The notes under the pieces: model-generated | Database searches by the model: none | What the model saw: only the letters and a program-made list of their open reading frames with translations | Told to the model about the DNA's origin: nothing | Source of the DNA: Camelus dromedarius | Lineage: Eukaryota | Assembly (NCBI RefSeq): GCF_036321535.1 | Contig: NC_087436.1 | Coordinates: forward strand, 30,506,001-30,570,000 | Length of the DNA: 64,000 nt | Direction of reading: 5' to 3' | Made by a program: the position numbers and the translations under genes | Shown: piece after piece, positions 1-14,177 of the stretch | Position numbering within the stretch: position 1 is the first letter of the stretch | Layout of the letters: each line of letters begins with the position of its first letter

Positions 1-10
1 AAAAAAAAAT

Positions 11-220
11 GACACTGAATGCAGGTTCCATCTCGCCTATAACCCACAGGTAGCAGGGTTGGTAGAAAGGAAGAATGGAATATTAAAGTAGCAGATTAAA
101 TTACTAACAGGTAAAATCACTTTGACTGAGTAGACTAAAGTACTATCCCAGGCTTTAATATATTTGAATGATCAGCCAGTAGGGCCTGTTGCCCCATATG
201 CCAGATGGGGAACCCCTGCT
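11..220 (+). pseudogene. ERV pol remnant: integrase core end and downstream region, class III (ERVL/HERV-S-like)
   Basis: Frame from 11 reads DTECRFHLAYNPQVAGLVERKNGILK*QIKLLTGKITLTE*TKVLSQALIYLNDQPVGPVAPYARWGTP. This matches the integrase H-x-PY-x-PQ-x-x-G-x-VER-x-N motif plus an ERVL-type W-x-KVL-x-x-A-x-x-x-LN-x-x-P segment, with two in-frame stops. Confidence 0.85.
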
Positions 221-1358
221 GAGATATCTAACACCATGTGGGTATGGAAGACATGGGAGGCAGCCATTGCCTCAAATTTCACCATGAATTAATGTGCTAT
301 GCTGCTGAGAACATCAGGCTCCACAATGCCTGAAAGAGGCATTATCTACAGGAATTTGCAGTGGGACATCTCACTGGGATGGACAAGTTACTTTAATCCC
401 AGGTGGGAGGGAACTACTCAATCGCCCCTGGGATCCCATTGTCCTGATGCAAGCCAGACCGGTTGAAATGCACTACACCTGGAATGGAATATGTACCATT
501 GAACGAGGGGGAAAAGATGAAAGTCCTTGTCTGTCATATCCTACCCCACGTCCATCTCCTCATGACTGCCAGCTGCCTCCCCTGGCCAACATGTATGAAA
601 CGCACAATCAGGTCAAATTCCTAAAGCTGCAGCCACACTGACATCTAAGCAATAGGTCAGAAGTATAATTCTTACAGAAGGGGAAGACTTTAACATACAA
701 GTTCCTACCAAGTATGTCTTTTTGACCTTAGACTTCTGCTGTTCCTGTAGTGTCTGGTCACAGGATGGGCACCGGATAGAAATACCTTTCTCAGTGGGCT
801 CACTTATATGCCTACCCAAGAAATCAACCCAATTATCAGGTATCTAGCAGCTGCCCCTCTCTAGTTCCTTGTCAAGATTGCCACGGTGGGTATCACCACT
901 CTGAGGAAGGGATTAGAAGGCACTAAAGCCGTATGTTAAGGAAGCTAGGACTAGTACTCTTAATTCTTAATTCATCTTATATTACCAATACTGACCCAGA
1001 AACTGGTCCTGTGGCACACACTTTTAATAATACTCTGCATAGGTATTCTTTTTCTGTCAATCAAACTATACTAGCAGTCCATTAAACTGCTGACTGGGAA
1101 GGGTCCTAAAAATACCATCAGAACCATAGCTGGCTATGCTTAGAGGTGGGATGGGTTCATGCGGCTCATCCCATGTTACAGACATTTGAGCACTCATGCA
1201 CCCGTGTTGAGAACAGAAAAGCTACTCTAAACAGAACCTACCCAAATGTACCAGGTATACTGCATAGGTATCACTGGCACTGAGTAGCCATCCTGTCACA
1301 TAAAAGGATAGCAACTGGTTTGGCACACTGACCGGTTTGCCACCCAGCTATTTATTAG

Positions 1359-2010
1359 GTAGCCCAGAATGGGACCCAATGGTTATGTGGAAAAAATCTT
1401 TAGTTGTGGCTTCACCTACATGATTGCGACTCTGTACCTTGTGTTTTCCCACTGTAGCAAAAATTGCCAACTTTCCTCTCCTCAAGGCCAGGTGGACATG
1501 TTCTGTTTTCTATGGTATGATCATTTGGCCACCATCTTTGTTCCCTTCATTGGCCCGGAGGACATTATAGCACACAGAGAAAGCCTTAATAATTCACCTA
1601 GCAAGCCTTGAATGACAGTCAACAAAGCCTGTCCTTACTGAGCACTGAAAGGTCTCTAAAGAGAAAAGCTGTCTGCAAAACAGAATGGACTTGGGGCATT
1701 ACCACTGTCTCGCAAGTAGGCACCTGTGCTGTTATCCAAACAGAATGTGTGTATTCATACCTGATGAGTTTGCTAATGTGTCATCTTTAATAAATCACAT
1801 CAGGACACAAGTGAATATCCTGAGTGATCCAACCCCCAGCCTAGGAGACTTAATAAATCAGTTTCAGATCATAGGGCTCTTGGTGGAAAAAAAAAAAACC
1901 AACAGTTACTCATTTTGGAAATCATTACTTTAATCTGTGTTTTCTCTTGCCTGTATCTATATTGTTGCTGTGGTATCTGCCTCCAGCGCAGCCAGAGAGC
2001 CACCAAATGA
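1359..2010 (+). pseudogene. ERV env remnant (SU C-terminus and TM, gamma-type)
   Basis: VAQNGTQWLCGKNL at about 1359-1400; fusion-peptide-like FLWYDHLATIFVPFIG; immunosuppressive motif LQNRMDL at 1673-1693; GTCAVIQTEC/CVFIPD, a frameshifted CX6CC; membrane anchor LLILEIITLICVFSCLYLYCCCGICLQ at 1906 to TGA at 2008-2010. Several frameshifts and stops. Confidence 0.88.
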
Positions 2011-2110
2011 GCCACCTTCGTGCTAGTGAAACCCCTTACTGACCCTGCTCAGGGCATGTCGTGAAAGAGAGGAACCATAGAAAATAAGCGCTAGTCATAA
2101 GGGGTGGAGC

Positions 2111-2472
2111 TTTGAAGGCGGTCATCAAGAGGACGTGACTGCAGGTTGACCCACGAGCTAGACCTGCACAATCACAGCCTTGGGAAAGTAATGTGGGGTT
2201 GAGACCATCAGGACTGAATACACGACGGAACCCCAATTAAGGCCTCCACATAAACTCTTCAGATTCTGGCAGGCACGTGCGGAGATCTACTCTTCTTCCA
2301 GCCTCCCAAGACAAGCCTCCTATGTAAGTTCCCTGACTCATTAAAATAGCCTCCTACTAACCTGGAATCTGGTTTTCTGTTTCTTGGGTCTCCCCTTGTC
2401 CTCCGTGTATGGAGGAACAGTTTTAAATCCACCCCCCAACTGCCCCCGTACTCTCAAGGTTGCGAACCGACA
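2111..2472 (+). mobile_element. 3' LTR of the env-bearing ERV
   Basis: Preceded by ERVL-type polypurine tract AAGGGGTGGAGC (2099-2110); ATTAAA polyadenylation signal at 2340-2345; ends in ...GAACCGACA; higher CpG content than the flanks. Confidence 0.7.
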
Positions 2473-3551
2473 ACAGTCCAAATGTACATAGCTGTGTCTG
2501 CTTAGGGGAAGCTGGGTCATGGCTGGAAATGAACTAAAATCTAGTCTGGGAAAGGTAGCCTTTAGGTTTATAACCTTTAACTTGAAGAAGTACAAGTTCC
2601 AATAGAGGTGGAATAGAGTTGAATGACCCACTCTGCAGTATCTGCCTGCTCAGTCCATTACAATAATTCATAATAAGTGCTTACCTTTACAATCTGAATC
2701 TAACCTATGTTTCTAGGCTTTTATCTGCACTTTTCCATTTATGAGACCTATATTCTAGTGAAACTGCCTTTTAACTACTCTGCACACACTTATTCAGAGT
2801 TCTCTAGAGCACCTATTTCCTATCTTTGTGATTTAATTTTTTGGTTTGATGCTTTTCTGTTACTTCCTTCCACTCAGACTCTAACTAACTTAAAAATACT
2901 TACTTTTAAGACAACAGATTAAATGCCATATTATCCATAATTTCTTACTTAATTGTCCTAACAGAAAGTAGTTTATTACCTCAAGTTGTACAGACTGTTC
3001 ATATCTCCATTAATAGAATTTATCATGTATGCATTTCTCATGCAGATTTTATCTTCTTATTAGTGTGAATTTCCTAAAAAACGTTCTTGTATAAAAATTT
3101 GTTGAATAAATTTATAAAATTAGCAACTGGCTATACTGGGGATGCGTTAACTTTATTTGCTTTATAATGTGCATACCTGTATAAAAAGCATTTATTAAGT
3201 TAAACAGCTTATGATACATGCTACTGAATACTGTAATAATAATCTTTGAGTAGAACTTTTAAAATAATAGGAGTTATTTATTATTTAGATTCTGACCATT
3301 GCAACTAAACCAGTAATCTAGAGAAGCATTAATGAAAGAAAGTTTTTTTACCATTTAATGAAATTATTTTTTCAAAATTAAGAATTAAAATTTCTCAAAT
3401 ATTTGCATACTACCAACCAGTCATCATGAATTCTTCAGTGGAATTTAAGAAATTTCTGCTAACTTATCATTCTGGTCACAACATACATGGCTGATACCTG
3501 GTGTATCAAAGAAGGTCATGTTCCCATTCTTTATATTCTTACAGAATTATT

Positions 3552-4277
3552 TGTTACACTCATAGGTATGGAAATAAAACAAGGCCAATCAAATGAGAAA
3601 AACCTGAGCCTATTTCTTCAGTGCTTGGTATAGCAGGGAGTCAGCTACTATCACTTGAGTTTGGTAGAGACTCAAAGGCAGGCAGGGAGTGGGAAAGCTT
3701 CAGACTGAAAAAATAAGAGAAGCCTTCATGTATATTCGGATTAGAAGTCAGTGGAAAATGTACACTTAGCTTTTTGTTTATTTCTGAGTTGAAAATAGTA
3801 ACAAAAAATATGAAATTTGTAGAAGTAGCAGCAGGAAGAAGTTACTGGCAAGGTAATTGTTACAGGTTGAATTGTGTCCCCCACCCCAAATTCACATTTC
3901 TTATAAAAAGAGGAAGTTTAGTCACAGTGATTCTCACAGAGAGAAGATGCCATGTGAAGAGACATAAAGAGAAGACATCCATCCACAAGCCACCGAGAGA
4001 GGCATGGAGCAGATCCTTTCCTCACAGCCTTCAGAAGAAACCAGCTGGGCTGACACCTTGATCTTGGACTTCCAGCCTCCAGGACTATGAGAAAAAAATT
4101 CCTATTGTCTAAGCAAATATATATATTTTTATATGGAATCTGGCGGCTATTGACTAAGTCCTTATTGTTCTGAGCATGTTGTTGCAGAGGTTGTGATGTG
4201 GCTTCTTGGGTTTCTGGGTAAGAGTTCTACTGTCATAGATCATCTGGCCATTGTCTATTTGTACATTCATTCTTTCA
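3552..4277 (-). mobile_element. ERV1-like solo LTR interrupted by a MaLR LTR
   Basis: TG...CA-bounded segment with LTR-like character; the sequence at 3552-3857 resumes at about 4135-4277 after the MLT1 insert. Family not determined. Confidence 0.45.
3858..4114 (+). mobile_element. MLT1A/B-type MaLR LTR, internally deleted and 3'-truncated
   Basis: Starts TGTTACAGGTTGAATTGTGTCCCCC; contains GCTGACACCTTGATCTTGGACTTCCAGCCTCCAG, typical of MLT1. Confidence 0.8.
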
Positions 4278-7200
4278 CTGTCATGATTATATGCTCTAAT
4301 AGCTGGTTATTTTTCTTCTTTTCTTATTTGCCCTTTTCAATTTTCATTTCCTTCTTTCTACAAATATTTATGGATCTCCTAGAATATGAATGACACTGGG
4401 TCAGACAGTGTCTATATAATGACTCTTCACTTTATGGAGCTTAATAGGTCACACAAATGGTGTGCAAAAATATTTTTAAGCTGGCTAAGGAGGTGAGAGG
4501 AGTGGGGTTGGAGGTATGGACTCAGATTTGACCTTGTTACTAGAGGCTAAAGATGTAACACATCTAGCCAAATAAATGGCACTGGCCAAATGGGTAGACT
4601 TCTGAACAAACAGCAGCCTATTGAAGGTCTACAACTAGAAAAGTGCTTTGTTCATTGGAATCAGTGCTAGATCACTTGAATGGGTACAGCATGATGACTT
4701 AACATGTGGCTGTTTAGTTAAGTAGGGTCAGGTCATATTTGTGGAGAATTTAGAGAACTCATTAAAACAGAAGCAAATTTTAGGAAAGGGCTCACATTCA
4801 GGTTGTGCCTGGCTACACGGCACTCCCCTGCAGTGAGGACTAGTAAGTCATGGGAAATTGTGCAGATACATTGCCTTTCTCAAACACAAATGGCAGAGTC
4901 ATTTCCAGATATAGTTAAAAACTTGGACCAGGAATGTAAGAACTGACAACAAACATGCATTTTTCCACAGATAATGCCAAAGATATGTCCATGGAAACTT
5001 CCTGGAATTCTGACACTGACTAATTTTATTCTTGATTTTACCCATAATTTCCCAATACTAGTGCCCTCAACCACAGTAACCCTTGGAGCTGCTGGAGCTG
5101 CAAAGGGTAAGCAAACAGAGTATCATCAAATAAAGTAGATTTATAACTTTTATGTGATCAGATGGTGGGAAATAGGCTTAGACTGAACTGTAATCATGTG
5201 GTAAGAAGTCCCAATCATTCAACAGCTAAATCCAAGTTCTGTTTACTAGAGTCAGGTCATTTCAGTTCTGTAAGTGTGCCTTTTACAGCTGAATTTTAAC
5301 TATGAATGCTTAGTATTTCAGGATGTAGACAGAATACTTTTAAAGAAATGAATGAAAAACTCACATATCGGAAATAGGAAAACAGAAAAAAATATCACCA
5401 ACATCAGTGTATCTACCAAAAAAATATTAGGCAACTACTAGGAAGAATTAGGTAGAAATATTTTAAAATTATGGAAGAGGAATTCCTGGCATATGGCACA
5501 GAATTTATGTTTGCACTCTATACTGTAAGAAGGCTTACTTGGTGCATATGTAACTTCCATAATTAAAAACTATATTATGAGATGAGAAAAATGTGTTTAA
5601 GAGGTATTTAAGTGATAAATGCTAACTGAAAAATATGCACAAAATGATCTCTTTTGTGTTAAAATGGATGTAAAATGGTAGCTATGAATATATGTATAAT
5701 TGAAAATATTCATATGAATATATGTACACATATACATGAATATTAATAGATATACACTTAAGTGTGTATCAAAAAGGTCTGGGAAAATGCACAATAAACT
5801 ATGGATTATGGTTATGCATGAAGAGTGGAAGAATGAAATAGGGATTAAGGGAACTGGGGACAGATAATTTTTAAATTATCTGTATGTCTGTATTATTTGG
5901 ATAATGTTTAACAATGAGCAGTATTATTATATAATTTAAAATAAGCAAATATGTTAGGTGAGCATATGAGGGAAAGATATAATGTGATTAATTGTGTAAA
6001 ATTTCTGAACAGAAAGAGAATACAGTCAATTTGAACAGACATCAGTGATTCATTATAATGAGGTCTGGGACATAAGGAAAGTAAGAGATGAGACCATGGT
6101 GAGATATTAAAGTCTATCACTGTGCAGAATTTCAAGTGTGTTTGTTAATTTTCTAATAGAAACTATTCTCTTAAGATATTATAATGCTGTGTTCATCTGG
6201 AGAAAGGGAATCATTTCCCTGTGGTGTAATCTCATTTATGTTTTTGTTCCTCTATCTTACTTTTTTAAGATTTTCTTTAAAACATTCATACATAAGACGT
6301 GCCTGAAATAATTTACTGTTAAAAAGTGTTTGACCTTGAACATAAGAATAAAACCCAAGATACACTGTTTCTACTTTGTACACAGGGAAGCAAGTGATCA
6401 CATTTTAGTTATTCTAAGGAAATAATGCCATGTAAATACCCTTTCTTTTTATAGGAAACTACTGTATATGGATTTTTTTTTGATATCTTACTATAAGCTC
6501 TAGCTGCTTTTGTAGTGAAAACCTAGCAATTCATCTGAAAGGTCATTCAGGACCAGGCACGATAATTTCAGCTGATCAAATCAATTATTTATACAATGAA
6601 CTACAGTATGGTTCCCTCTAGAAATTACCTTATTATAGCTACTCACTCCCACTGAACTCTAAGAAAAGTGACATTTTGAAATACAAAGCTTATTCTCTTC
6701 AGTGAGCTTAATACGTATCGGCATCTCTCTGTGGCTCTTTTCTCTATTGAATAGCTGTCAGTCAGCAAGAGAGGGCCCATTCCCTAAGCACATTGCTCAG
6801 TGGGTTTTCTTGACATGACAGAAAATTTTCCAGTTGGCAAAAGTAAAGACTGAAGGAGGTAATGCTTTGGACTCAGCATGAAAGGTAATAGAGCTATTAG
6901 CCAAATACCAAATTCAGAAATGCTGGTACCGCACAACCAGGCAATAAAAAGGAGGTTTAATGTCCCATGGGGCACACGTTTAGGAAAGTGTTTGGTAGAT
7001 TAAAGCATGCAAACAGAGAGGGAAACATCTTTGAACTTTTGCTGTGGAAATTAGTACCATTTTAAATTAACAATTATATTTAATGTATAGAAAAGGTTTT
7101 TGTACAAAGGAGACAAGATGGTATCCAGATAATGGTATAATTACAAAAAAAAATCTGCTACTATGCACTCTAGCTGTAATAAAATAATCATATCTAATGA

Positions 7201-7498
7201 CCCCTAGGTACCCTACATTTTACTATATTCTCTGGTGCTGTATTTTTTTATTCTAAAAAGACTGGCCTGCCTAATACTGGCCCTGTAATAATTATATTCA
7301 GGAGAATTTTATATTTGTGTTTATTTAACTTTTTATATGTAGGTGAAATTGGAGACTGCTCAAAAGACATTTTTAAAATAATAATTTAAGAAATTAATGT
7401 TTAGACAATCATTGGAGCCCTATGTCATGCTATTAGCAGGTGTATCTTAGATGAAGAAGACATTTCAAATGTGTTAAATTCCATGACAAACTGGGGAG

Positions 7499-8050
7499 TG
7501 TACTAGTTATAAAATGTTGTGCAAAAAAATCTACCTCAACATTTAGCAGTTTAAAATAACAAACTTGCATTATCACACTGTTTCTGTAGGTCAGGAATCT
7601 AGACATAGCATACCTGGGTACTGCAACTTGGTGTAATCACAAGGCTGTAGTCAATGTGTTGGCTGGGACTGCAGCCACCTGAAGACTCAGCCAGAGGAAG
7701 ACGGGCTTCCAGTATTTCACATGGTAGTAGGATCCAGTTCCTTGTGGGCTGTTTAACCGTGAAACGCAGTTTCTTGCTTACTGGTGGCTGGAGGCCACCT
7801 TTACTTCCCTGCCATGTGAGACTCTACTTAGGCCAGTTCACAATGTGTTGGCTGGCTTCCCTCAGAATGAATTGGCAAGAGAGCACAAGAAGGTAGCCAC
7901 ATTCTCTTTGTAAACTAATCTTGCAGTGGCAATCCACCAGTATCACAGTATTCTATTTGTTAGAAGTAAGTCATTAGGTCCAGTCCACATACAAGGGCAT
8001 GGATACCAAGACACAGGAATCACCGAGGGCCATCTTAGAGGCTACCATAA
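7499..8050 (-). mobile_element. MLT1F/G-like MaLR LTR
   Basis: TTTAGCAGTTTAAAATAACAAAC...TTTCTGTAGGTCAGGAATCTAG...GGCCATCTTAGAGGCTACCA matches the reverse-strand MLT1 pattern. Confidence 0.7.
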
Positions 8051-8854
8051 TAGTTTGGTAACCTAAGAATGGTTTCTGGTAGAATTATGAATTTAAGATA
8101 AGGAGAATCAGTTGGTTAAAAAAAATATATCAAATTCTTATCTTTTTTTTTCCTTTTCTTTCAAAATTGCTTTTTTCTAATGTGATGAACATAAACTTAT
8201 AAAGTTGAATTTGTAAACAGCTTAAATCACCTAAGGAAGTTGTTTGTATTCAAAAGTTTTCTAAAACAATTTAAGAAAGACAATCTAGCCCTTGCAGGTT
8301 ATCACAAAAGATATTCTTCAAAAGGCAGTTGTCTTGAATTTTAGACGTGTTACCCCTAGAGCTTAGAAAAGAAAGGCCATGTGTCCAGATAGCTCAATGT
8401 ATACATAACAAAATCAGTGACAGGAATATCATGAATAAATAGACACCATCCACAATTCATCATCAGGCATATGACATCAGACAAGCATATGCATCTGTCT
8501 ATATCTGTTTACATAACAGACATCACTGTTACCAGCCAAAATAGTGTTAGCAAACAAAAGCATGATAGTCCAAATGTAAGGACAAGAAAAGCAACACATA
8601 CTTATATACTCAAAATGCACAACTTAAATTGATTTTATTTTTATCTAATTGAAGCAATTTAAAATAAAAGATTTTGGTCAAGATACTTGACAAATAAGGG
8701 TCTGTAATATACTGTGTTGAAGAGAGGATTTTGAGGTTTAGTCATCACCAACTAACACTCTGTATTATATTAAGTAGTTAATATTTCTAGAGGTGAATTA
8801 TTCATGTCACCAGAACATTAATGGAGATTAAGTTAGCAGTTTGTTCCAATCATC

Positions 8855-9145
8855 AGCATCTCCAACTGGTCTCCTGCTTCCATTTTTGCTCACCCATAAC
8901 CCTACTCAATGTGGCAGCTAGAATGATTCTATTAAAGTTTATGTCAATAACATCTTTTATTTTGTTTTTTCCCCCTTGGAGTTAAGATAAGAAGCCATTG
9001 GTTAAATCCTCCAATGGCTCATTTTACCAAATGGAAAACCAAAAGTCACTGAAGTGATGATAAGAACCTGCAACACCTAACTCCAGCTATCTCTATATTT
9101 GTATCTTGTTCCACTTTTGGCAATCTGCTCCAGACACAGTGGCCT
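8855..9145 (+). mobile_element. L2 fragment
   Basis: CTCCAACTGGTCTCCTGCTTCC...GCAGCTAGAATGATTCT...CCTCCAATGGCT resembles the L2 3' region. Confidence 0.55.
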
Positions 9146-9444
9146 TTTGGGCAAGGACAGGTTCTTTGTGCAGATGGAATTTGACCAGAACATCTACATA
9201 AAGTGACAGAGTAAGACATGCAACTATCTTAGTATTTAATATATTTTTTTCTTTCTGAATCGCAATAGAAATGCAGCTATGTAACATTCATTACCCATGA
9301 GGAATGTGCTATCAAAAACCACTAATGCATTAATGTAAATATATAACATTAAATGTTTCAATTTGATTTTGTTATTTTTATGATTATGCAGCCTTTGTAA
9401 CTGGAATAAACTAATAAAAATTGTTAGATTTGCTTTAATGATTT

Positions 9445-9448
<4 letters not shown>

Positions 9449-9499
<51 letters not shown>
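9449..9499. repeat. Compound microsatellite (TA)n(CA)n
   Basis: Directly visible uninterrupted TA run followed by a CA run. Confidence 0.97.
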
Positions 9500-12400
9500 T
9501 ATAGGTTATTACAGATTTTTGCAAAACTAAAATAGTTGAAGAAGATACTTTAAGGTAAAAAACCATGTCAACAATCTAAAAAAATGTATTTCAACCAAAT
9601 ATTGACTGAATTGGTTCAAATTCTGAATTATTGGACTTAAAAGCATTTTATTCTATTAGAAATTTGCATGAAATTTTCTGTTTTGTAAGTAGGTTCAAAG
9701 AACACTTAATACATGTGTATGAGCACACAATTACTCTAATTTTCCTAAATTATGGTAAAAATGATTTAGTTATCTTGTTTATTTTCACAATTATTAGAAA
9801 GAAATGTGATTTCAAACTCTGCTGACAACAATCTATCACCTTGTATCTCCCAGTCTGGTACCCAGATAAAAAGATTTTTGCATCTTTCTCTTACTTTCTG
9901 AGCATTTTGGGGACAAAGATCTGAATTAAATGAAGATTATGTTTTTGTGCTATAATCTAGAATTTTAAATCAATTGAATCAGACATTTAATTTAATCAGT
10001 TGTCAAGTTCAGGTTTATTCACCTGAAAATAATCTTTTCACCCAGCTTTCTCTTTAGAGAAATGTGAAAACAAAAATCCACAAATATTGTTTTATAGAGT
10101 AATTAATTTAGTATTTTCTTCTACAAAATTTAGTAGAGTCTTACCATCTACCCTGTGACTTTTGCTAATGCCAACACTGCTATTTAAGAATTGTTAGGTA
10201 GAAAGCAGATAATTAGTTCTCATTTCATCTATTAGAAATGATCTGAATTTAACTTCTAAGTTATCACATTACTGTCACATTTACTTTTAATTAAGCATTT
10301 TATGCTAATTCTGATTTCATAGCTTGTTGTTATTAGCATACAAATGTAAGCCAATAACACATTCATAATTCTCTTTAAAGGATTAAGTTAGACTGTCCAT
10401 GGACTAATGAGTAGCAAAAGAAAATCATGCAATTTCAGTTACCACAAGCTTTCCTATGACTTATGCATTGCTGGAACAGAAACGATTCTGAAGTTCTTTC
10501 GTATTAGAAGAATCATGAAGTCTGAAATAATCAAATGGATACTTACCATTGAAAGACCTATAAAACTAGGAAATAACAGGATACTAACTTTAAAATTTAA
10601 GCTGTTGATTTAGGAACTATTATTTGACAATTAAAATTATGTGAAAAATAATCAAGAAGAGTCTAAAGGGAAATATCTTAGAGTTGGCTGAACATGATTT
10701 ATGAAATGTGAATTATTCAATTAAGTCATTTTATCCTACTTTTAAACTTAAAGTTTTTGTCTAAATAACTTTTTTTCCAACTCTTAAAGTTCTACTTTCT
10801 AGTTTGTTTTTAATAATGTGTGAGTGGTTTTTGTTTGTTTCCTATAAAAGAATACTAAAAAGATTAGAATTTTTCCTCACTGAAGTCCACAGAAGCACTT
10901 CCAATTTCCAATAACAGATCTTGACATATCCTGTTTGGGTTATAAGTTAACATGGGAAATTTCTCCTCCTTGGTGCAACAATTTCATCCATGTAACATGT
11001 GAGACAGAGCAGTCCTTGACCGGATACTGATTTTCTTTTCATGTCATGAATGTGTCTGCCTCACCGGCTCACTGATCATTGGACTTCCTTGTAAACTTAT
11101 TACTTCACAGTACAAGGGGATTAAGTGGAATTTTTTCTAGCAAACATTTTACAAAATACCTTATCTTTTATAACAAACCAGTTAGAAAACAGACATTTCA
11201 TAAAGACTCCAAGAAAAGAAGGCCTCTTCATAAAACATTCTCATATCAGCCAGGCAACAGAAAGTTTCTTTATGTTCTGTCAAAGGAAAACTAAATCTGA
11301 GACAAAATTTTAATAGGATGTTTATTCATAAAATTGAGATGGGGAACCCATCTGCCACCACTTAAGTTTCAGGAGGGAAAGGAGAGTTACATTTTACAAA
11401 GTAAAAGAATGAAACTGAGATAGTTTCTGATTTTCAAGTATTCATTAAGCTGGGATTTTGGAAAGTAGAGGCAACTTTCTTCAGCTACATTTGGCATTCC
11501 TTGGATGTCTGCAAGAACCCACATGAGCAGCTTGGGGTACTTAAAAAAAGGGAGGATTTTTCAATGTTAGGGGTTGCTGGACATTGGGGATACTGAATAA
11601 TAGCCTATGAACTTGGAAGGAAAATATCCTTCAAAAAACAAAGCAGGCAACTCCATAAAGTGCAGCAATTAAGTTTACTGTGGGCAAATTACATACAGAA
11701 AGGAATGAGCAGACCATCCAGAAGCATTCTCAGCTGCACCTCACTCTGCCAGAAGGAGTGCAGGGGGGACTCAAAGGTGCCAAAGTCATCAACAGTCAAT
11801 TTCCTCAACTTTCTTGTATAAAAGGGGGACCTTATTCGAGTAAATACAAGATTTGTAAAAGGATGAAAATAGACACACCCTAGAGAATTCCCAGCTTCCT
11901 CCTTGCCTTCTACCACTGCCACTTTTTCTTTCTTTGTTGTGATCTGCCTCTCCCACCCTGTGAACTTTTGGCTGATAATCCTCTCAGGACCAAAAATGCA
12001 GTTTCCAGAAAATACTGTTTTGATGGTTTTCAGTATTATACCAATGATCCCAAGTAAAGGGCATGAGAGCAGGACTGATTTTCAACTGTAAGTTTCAGCT
12101 AGAATCAAAAACTGCTGCTTAAACCAAAACCACAAGACAAATACTCAACTTTTTCTTTGCTGTTAAACCCTGACCCTGCTTCATGGGGGCAGCTCTGGGC
12201 CTTCAGGTGCTCAGAGGTGTACACCAGCTGAATAAACCTTTTACCCTCTATTTGACTCACTTAAATAAATTTCTTTGATAGATACGTAAATTTTGTCCTG
12301 TCCCTTGGGTAGAGATTTTAATTGACTTTCTTCCCCCTAAGGAAAAACTAGGTTTGTTCCTATTTGCAATTCATCTCAACATTCCTTTACTCCACATACA

Positions 12401-14177
12401 TTTGTGCTGTTTTGACTTTTTCCTTTGAGTTGCTTATAACATCTGCCTGTTCCTACATATGAGGGAAAAAAAGAAGTTAATATGTGTTGGTTATTATACT
12501 GTATGCAAGTCATGCTTGTCAGACAAGTTTCTGAATACATAAAAAGTCTTATTTCTTTAGATGCATTGAAAGGATCATTTCATGTATGGAAGTCCTGTAC
12601 AAAAGCAAGGATGGGAAACAAAGTACGAACGTTTATTTCAGAGTTTGTTAGATTGATACAGACAAGCAAGCAAAGAGACAGAACATGTTTCAGTAATCCG
12701 TGGCTTTCAGATACTCTGAGTTCTATTTACTGATTCTATGAAAATTAAAAATGGAAAATGGATAGTTGAGTAAACAGAACTACTGCATCCTAATGGCCCA
12801 CAGTCATACAAAACAGATAAACATAATATAGTGGGAAGGAGTCCAAAATAGTTCTACCACATGTAACAAACACAGTAAAAACACACCAGCAAGAAAGTAC
12901 ATATTGATTTATAGCTTACCTCAAATTATAATTAATTTTCTCTGGTTTGCAATAAAATGCTAAAATAAGTATTAGAAGGCCAGGATTCTATTCTAGTATT
13001 ATTGCTTACTGGCTAGGTTATTTTTTAATACATCACACACATAGCTTTCAGGTACTATCTCTTCAGTAGTAAATACTAAGGTTGGATTAATTTAGTAATT
13101 TCCAAAGTTCAAGAGTGGTATGAAAAGTGATGAAGTTTTTATCTACCTGTGACAATATTAGAAAAGTAAGAAAAATGTGGTATTTTATTTTCAATAAAAT
13201 TAAATATGTTTAATTTAAGAAGTTGTCTCCAATTATGAAATTCTATCTTCCAAATTATATTGAGGTTTATATAACTTAGGAATAGGTTTGGCTGCAAGTA
13301 ACCAATATGTTAAGTTTGAGATTAAGTGGAGCTGACAAGACGTAGAAGGACACAGAGTTTAGTCATAAATCATACAGTTTTAAATTCCTTGCTCCTAATC
13401 AGTCTTCTTTACTCAACCAGTGCTCTGAAAGGGGTCCTACCCACTGGCTCTTAGACTCCTAAAATTTGGATAGATAATCCACAAGTAGAAGAGAGAGTTA
13501 TTAAGGAATACAGGAATACTACGTATTATATTTTTATGTTCATCTGAGAACCTACTATATTATTTTCTTGTGGTAGATACAGAATGTTGGTTGGTTGGTT
13601 GGTTTTTCACAAATAGATGATTTATACAGTTCTACTTAGAGGACACTGATATTAGCCTAGCTCACTGAGACCCCGAACAGAGTCTGAATCCTTCCATTGC
13701 TTTCAAGGGCACTCCAGAACACTATTCAAATTCCACAAATGGTGATAAATAGGCTTTCAACAATTTCATTCCTTATTTTGGCATCTATGCTGAATAAAAC
13801 AGATGAGAAAAAATATTCTGAAGAGTGAAAAACAAACTGGCACCAAATGTCTGCCCTAATGCATGAAGAATTCATGGTTTCTCCTTTTCTATTCTTAAAC
13901 ACAATAGCTAGAGTCCATTGTTACTTAAACCACTTCTTTGCTCTCTACCTCATATTACCAACCATTAATTCAACAATTATTTACTCTGTACCTATTATGT
14001 TTCAGGCAATAAGCTAAACACAGATAAGGTGACAACAGGAACCATGTAAGTTTTCAAGGATCCTGGAGTCTAGTGTGAGAAAAAGGCGTATTAATAACTA
14101 AGACCCATCACATGCAGCCTTCAGCCACAGAATTAAGTACTACGGAAATAGGAAGACTGCTCACTGGACACACATAC

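Noticed and set aside
8993..9019. Inverted repeat AGCCATTGG / CCAATGGCT
   Set aside because: A small local inversion or duplication within an L2 remnant; no sign of function.
10547..10557. 11-nt minus-strand micro-exon (ttttatag|GTCTTTCAATG|gtaagt)
   Set aside because: Good splice signals but frame-shifting length and no other support; such matches arise by chance in AT-rich DNA.
11100..12250. Possible ancient LTR elements
   Set aside because: LTR-like composition, but I could not fix termini, TSD or family.
12920..12959. 40-nt minus-strand exon candidate (FYCKPEKINYNL)
   Set aside because: Short pyrimidine tract, and its open frame does not continue the phase of the 21989-22054 segment.
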